Assembly (NCBI GenBank): GCA_963749155.1
Contig: CAVVLO010000002.1
Location: 320,001-384,000, forward strand
Length of the DNA: 64,000 bases
Source: an uncultured Armatimonadia bacterium
GTDB lineage: Bacteria; Armatimonadota; Zipacnadia; CAVVLO01
Reading direction: 5' to 3'
Positions 62,417 to 64,000 of the stretch are shown piece after piece (within the stretch, counting starts at the first letter, position 1; each line of letters starts with the position of its first letter). Both the position numbers and the translations under genes were made by a program. The notes under the pieces are model-generated. The model was given only the letters and a program-made list of their open reading frames with translations, searched no databases and had not been told where the DNA came from.

Positions 62417-63175
62417 TCAGCCTCCCATAATTCCGCGCGCAAGTCCCTGCAAGAGCAATCCCCAGCCATCTGCGAGCACGAATAGCAGCAGTTTGAGGGG
62501 CAAGCTCACCATCACCGGTGGCAGCATCATCATCCCCATCGACATAAGGATGCTGGCTACAACCATATCAATCACCAGGAAAGGCACAAATATCAGGAAG
62601 CCTATCTCAAAAGCTGTTTTCAGCTCTGACACCGCGTAGGCAGGGATAAGCACATGGGCGGGCACGTCAGCCGGTTGCTTCAGATTGCGCAGCTTTGCCA
62701 TATCTATAAATAACGTAAGGTCAGCCTTGCGTGTACGTTTCAACATAAAGCTCTGCAAGGGCTTGTATGCCTGCTGGACGGCTTGTTGCTCGTTCATCTG
62801 CTTTGCCATGAACGGTTTTACGGCTTTCTCGTTCACCTGATTTATGGTCGGCTGCATCGTAAAATAAGTGAGGAAAAGCGCAAGCCCAAGCAGCACCATG
62901 GTTGGTGGCACCTGTTGCGCGCCCAGTCCACTTCTCAGGAACGACAGCACGATAATGATGCGCGTAAAAGAGGTAGTCATCACCAGGAACGCAGGAGCCA
63001 CGGTCAGCGCAGTGAGTAGCATCAGCAACTGGAGACTCTGTTCGAGCCCCTCGCGGCCTCCCATGCTGGCAGGGCGGATTACTACTTCTGGCACCGTGAC
63101 GCCAGCGGGATGGGCAATTCCCACCACACCGAGCCCCAACAATCCAAGCAAGGCAACATATCGGGCGCGCGTCAT
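62417..63175 (-). CDS. fliP: Flagellar export protein FliP
   Basis: 'TSFTRIIIVL', 'SELKTAF', 'MGMMMLPP', 'LFVLADGW'. Confidence 0.97.
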   Translation of the reverse strand: MTRARYVALLGLLGLGVVGIAHPAGVTVPEVVIRPASMGGREGLEQSLQLLMLLTALTVAPAFLVMTTSFTRIIIVLSFLRSGLGAQQVPPTMVLLGLALFLTYFTMQPTINQVNEKAVKPFMAKQMNEQQAVQQAYKPLQSFMLKRTRKADLTLFIDMAKLRNLKQPADVPAHVLIPAYAVSELKTAFEIGFLIFVPFLVIDMVVASILMSMGMMMLPPVMVSLPLKLLLFVLADGWGLLLQGLARGIMGG

Positions 63176-63189
63176 CGGTTAACTGCTCC

Positions 63190-63864
63190 TCAAGCCAGAG
63201 TTGCGGACCGCCCGCGCAGTTCGGCGATCTTCCTGCGCAGAAGCACTTCCATCGGGTCTTCAGGCTCCTGGCTCGGTCTCTCTGCCGGTCTGCTTCCAGC
63301 GGCCTGGGGCCTGGCTGTGCGTGGCCAGTCCTCAACCTCGAATAACTCTTCTTCATACTCCAGGGCTTTAGGCTGTCTTTGCCTATCGGACCTGCCTTGT
63401 TCACGCGTTGCAGGTTTTTCCAGCAATGCGATGAGGTTCACTCCTGATTGGCTAGCCCCAACCAGCAAACGACTTCCCTCAACATCAAGCAGATGAACTG
63501 TAGAGACGCCCCCCAGTTTTGCAGCCCCAAGCAACTGGATTGGCTCGCGTCCAGGCTGGCTGAAAGAGGTGCGCCGATTAATCAGAACCTTCGTAAGCCA
63601 CAGTAGACAGACGACGACAAGCAGAGCGCCTCCAGCCCGAAGCCCCGAGCTGAGCATTGGCGATTCCCCAGCTACTGCAGCCTCGCTTGCAAGCCAATCC
63701 GGCTCTAGCGAGCTACCTGTGCTTGCTTCCTGTGGGAGGGCCACCTTTTCTGTAGCCAGGACTGTCTCAGGCGCCTCTGAGGCTTCCTCTAAGATTTGGG
63801 CATAAGCCCCACCGGCCCAAAATACTAGAACAAGTAGACCCAAAACGACCGTGATTTTTCCCAT
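63190..63864 (-). CDS. fliO: Flagellar biosynthesis protein FliO/FliZ-like
   Basis: Signal peptide, TM, 'VHLLDVEG..LLVGAS...VNLI'; lies between fliN and fliP. Confidence 0.75.
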   Translation of the reverse strand: MGKITVVLGLLVLVFWAGGAYAQILEEASEAPETVLATEKVALPQEASTGSSLEPDWLASEAAVAGESPMLSSGLRAGGALLVVVCLLWLTKVLINRRTSFSQPGREPIQLLGAAKLGGVSTVHLLDVEGSRLLVGASQSGVNLIALLEKPATREQGRSDRQRQPKALEYEEELFEVEDWPRTARPQAAGSRPAERPSQEPEDPMEVLLRRKIAELRGRSATLA

Positions 63865-63865
63865 T

Positions 63866-64000
63866 TCAGGAATCCTCCTTGGCACCTGCGGACTGGATAT
63901 CAGTTATTCGAATGCCGAAGTTCTCGTCGACTACAACTACCTCTCCACGTGCGATTACTTTGCCCCCAACGACCAAATCAACAGGCTCTCCCGCCGTCTT
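63866..64000 (-). CDS. fliN: 3' end of flagellar switch protein FliN (or FliY)
   Basis: Manual translation [35 protein letters not shown]...stop. Confidence 0.9.
   Translation of the reverse strand, partial: KTAGEPVDLVVGGKVIARGEVVVVDENFGIRITDIQSAGAKEDS

Noticed and set aside
57089..63175. Non-flagellar type III secretion system
   Set aside because: flhF, flhG and fliO plus the gene order identify a flagellar export cluster.

Overview
GC-rich bacterial chromosomal window with no prophage, IS element, CRISPR array, rRNA or tRNA that I can recognise. The gene order (rimP-nusA-ylxR-infB-ylxP-rbfA-nrnA-truB-ribF, pcrA-ligA, amtB-glnK) suggests a Terrabacteria-type lineage, but the taxon cannot be fixed from this window. 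Contents: (i) many carbohydrate-use genes (araD-araB, several large secreted GH-like or DUF proteins, GH38, a pectate-lyase-fold protein, an esterase, two URO-D-fold proteins); (ii) a lone Wzx+GT4 pair; (iii) the nusA-infB operon; (iv) amtB-glnK with a structured leader; (v) pyrG, pcrA, ligA and thiD; (vi) an uncharacterised envelope-type cluster at 50.0-56.3 kb with two matching ECF-sigma-like promoters (two paralogous exported proteins, M48 peptidase, phasin-like protein, ABC1 kinase, small membrane protein, CreD-like/zinc-ribbon protein); (vii) the 3' end of a flagellar export operon (fliN-O-P-Q-R-flhB-A-F-G). Seven frameshifts and one in-frame TGA, some in housekeeping genes, point to uncorrected read or assembly errors, so single-base oddities need caution. 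Family calls come from motif recognition by eye, not database searches.
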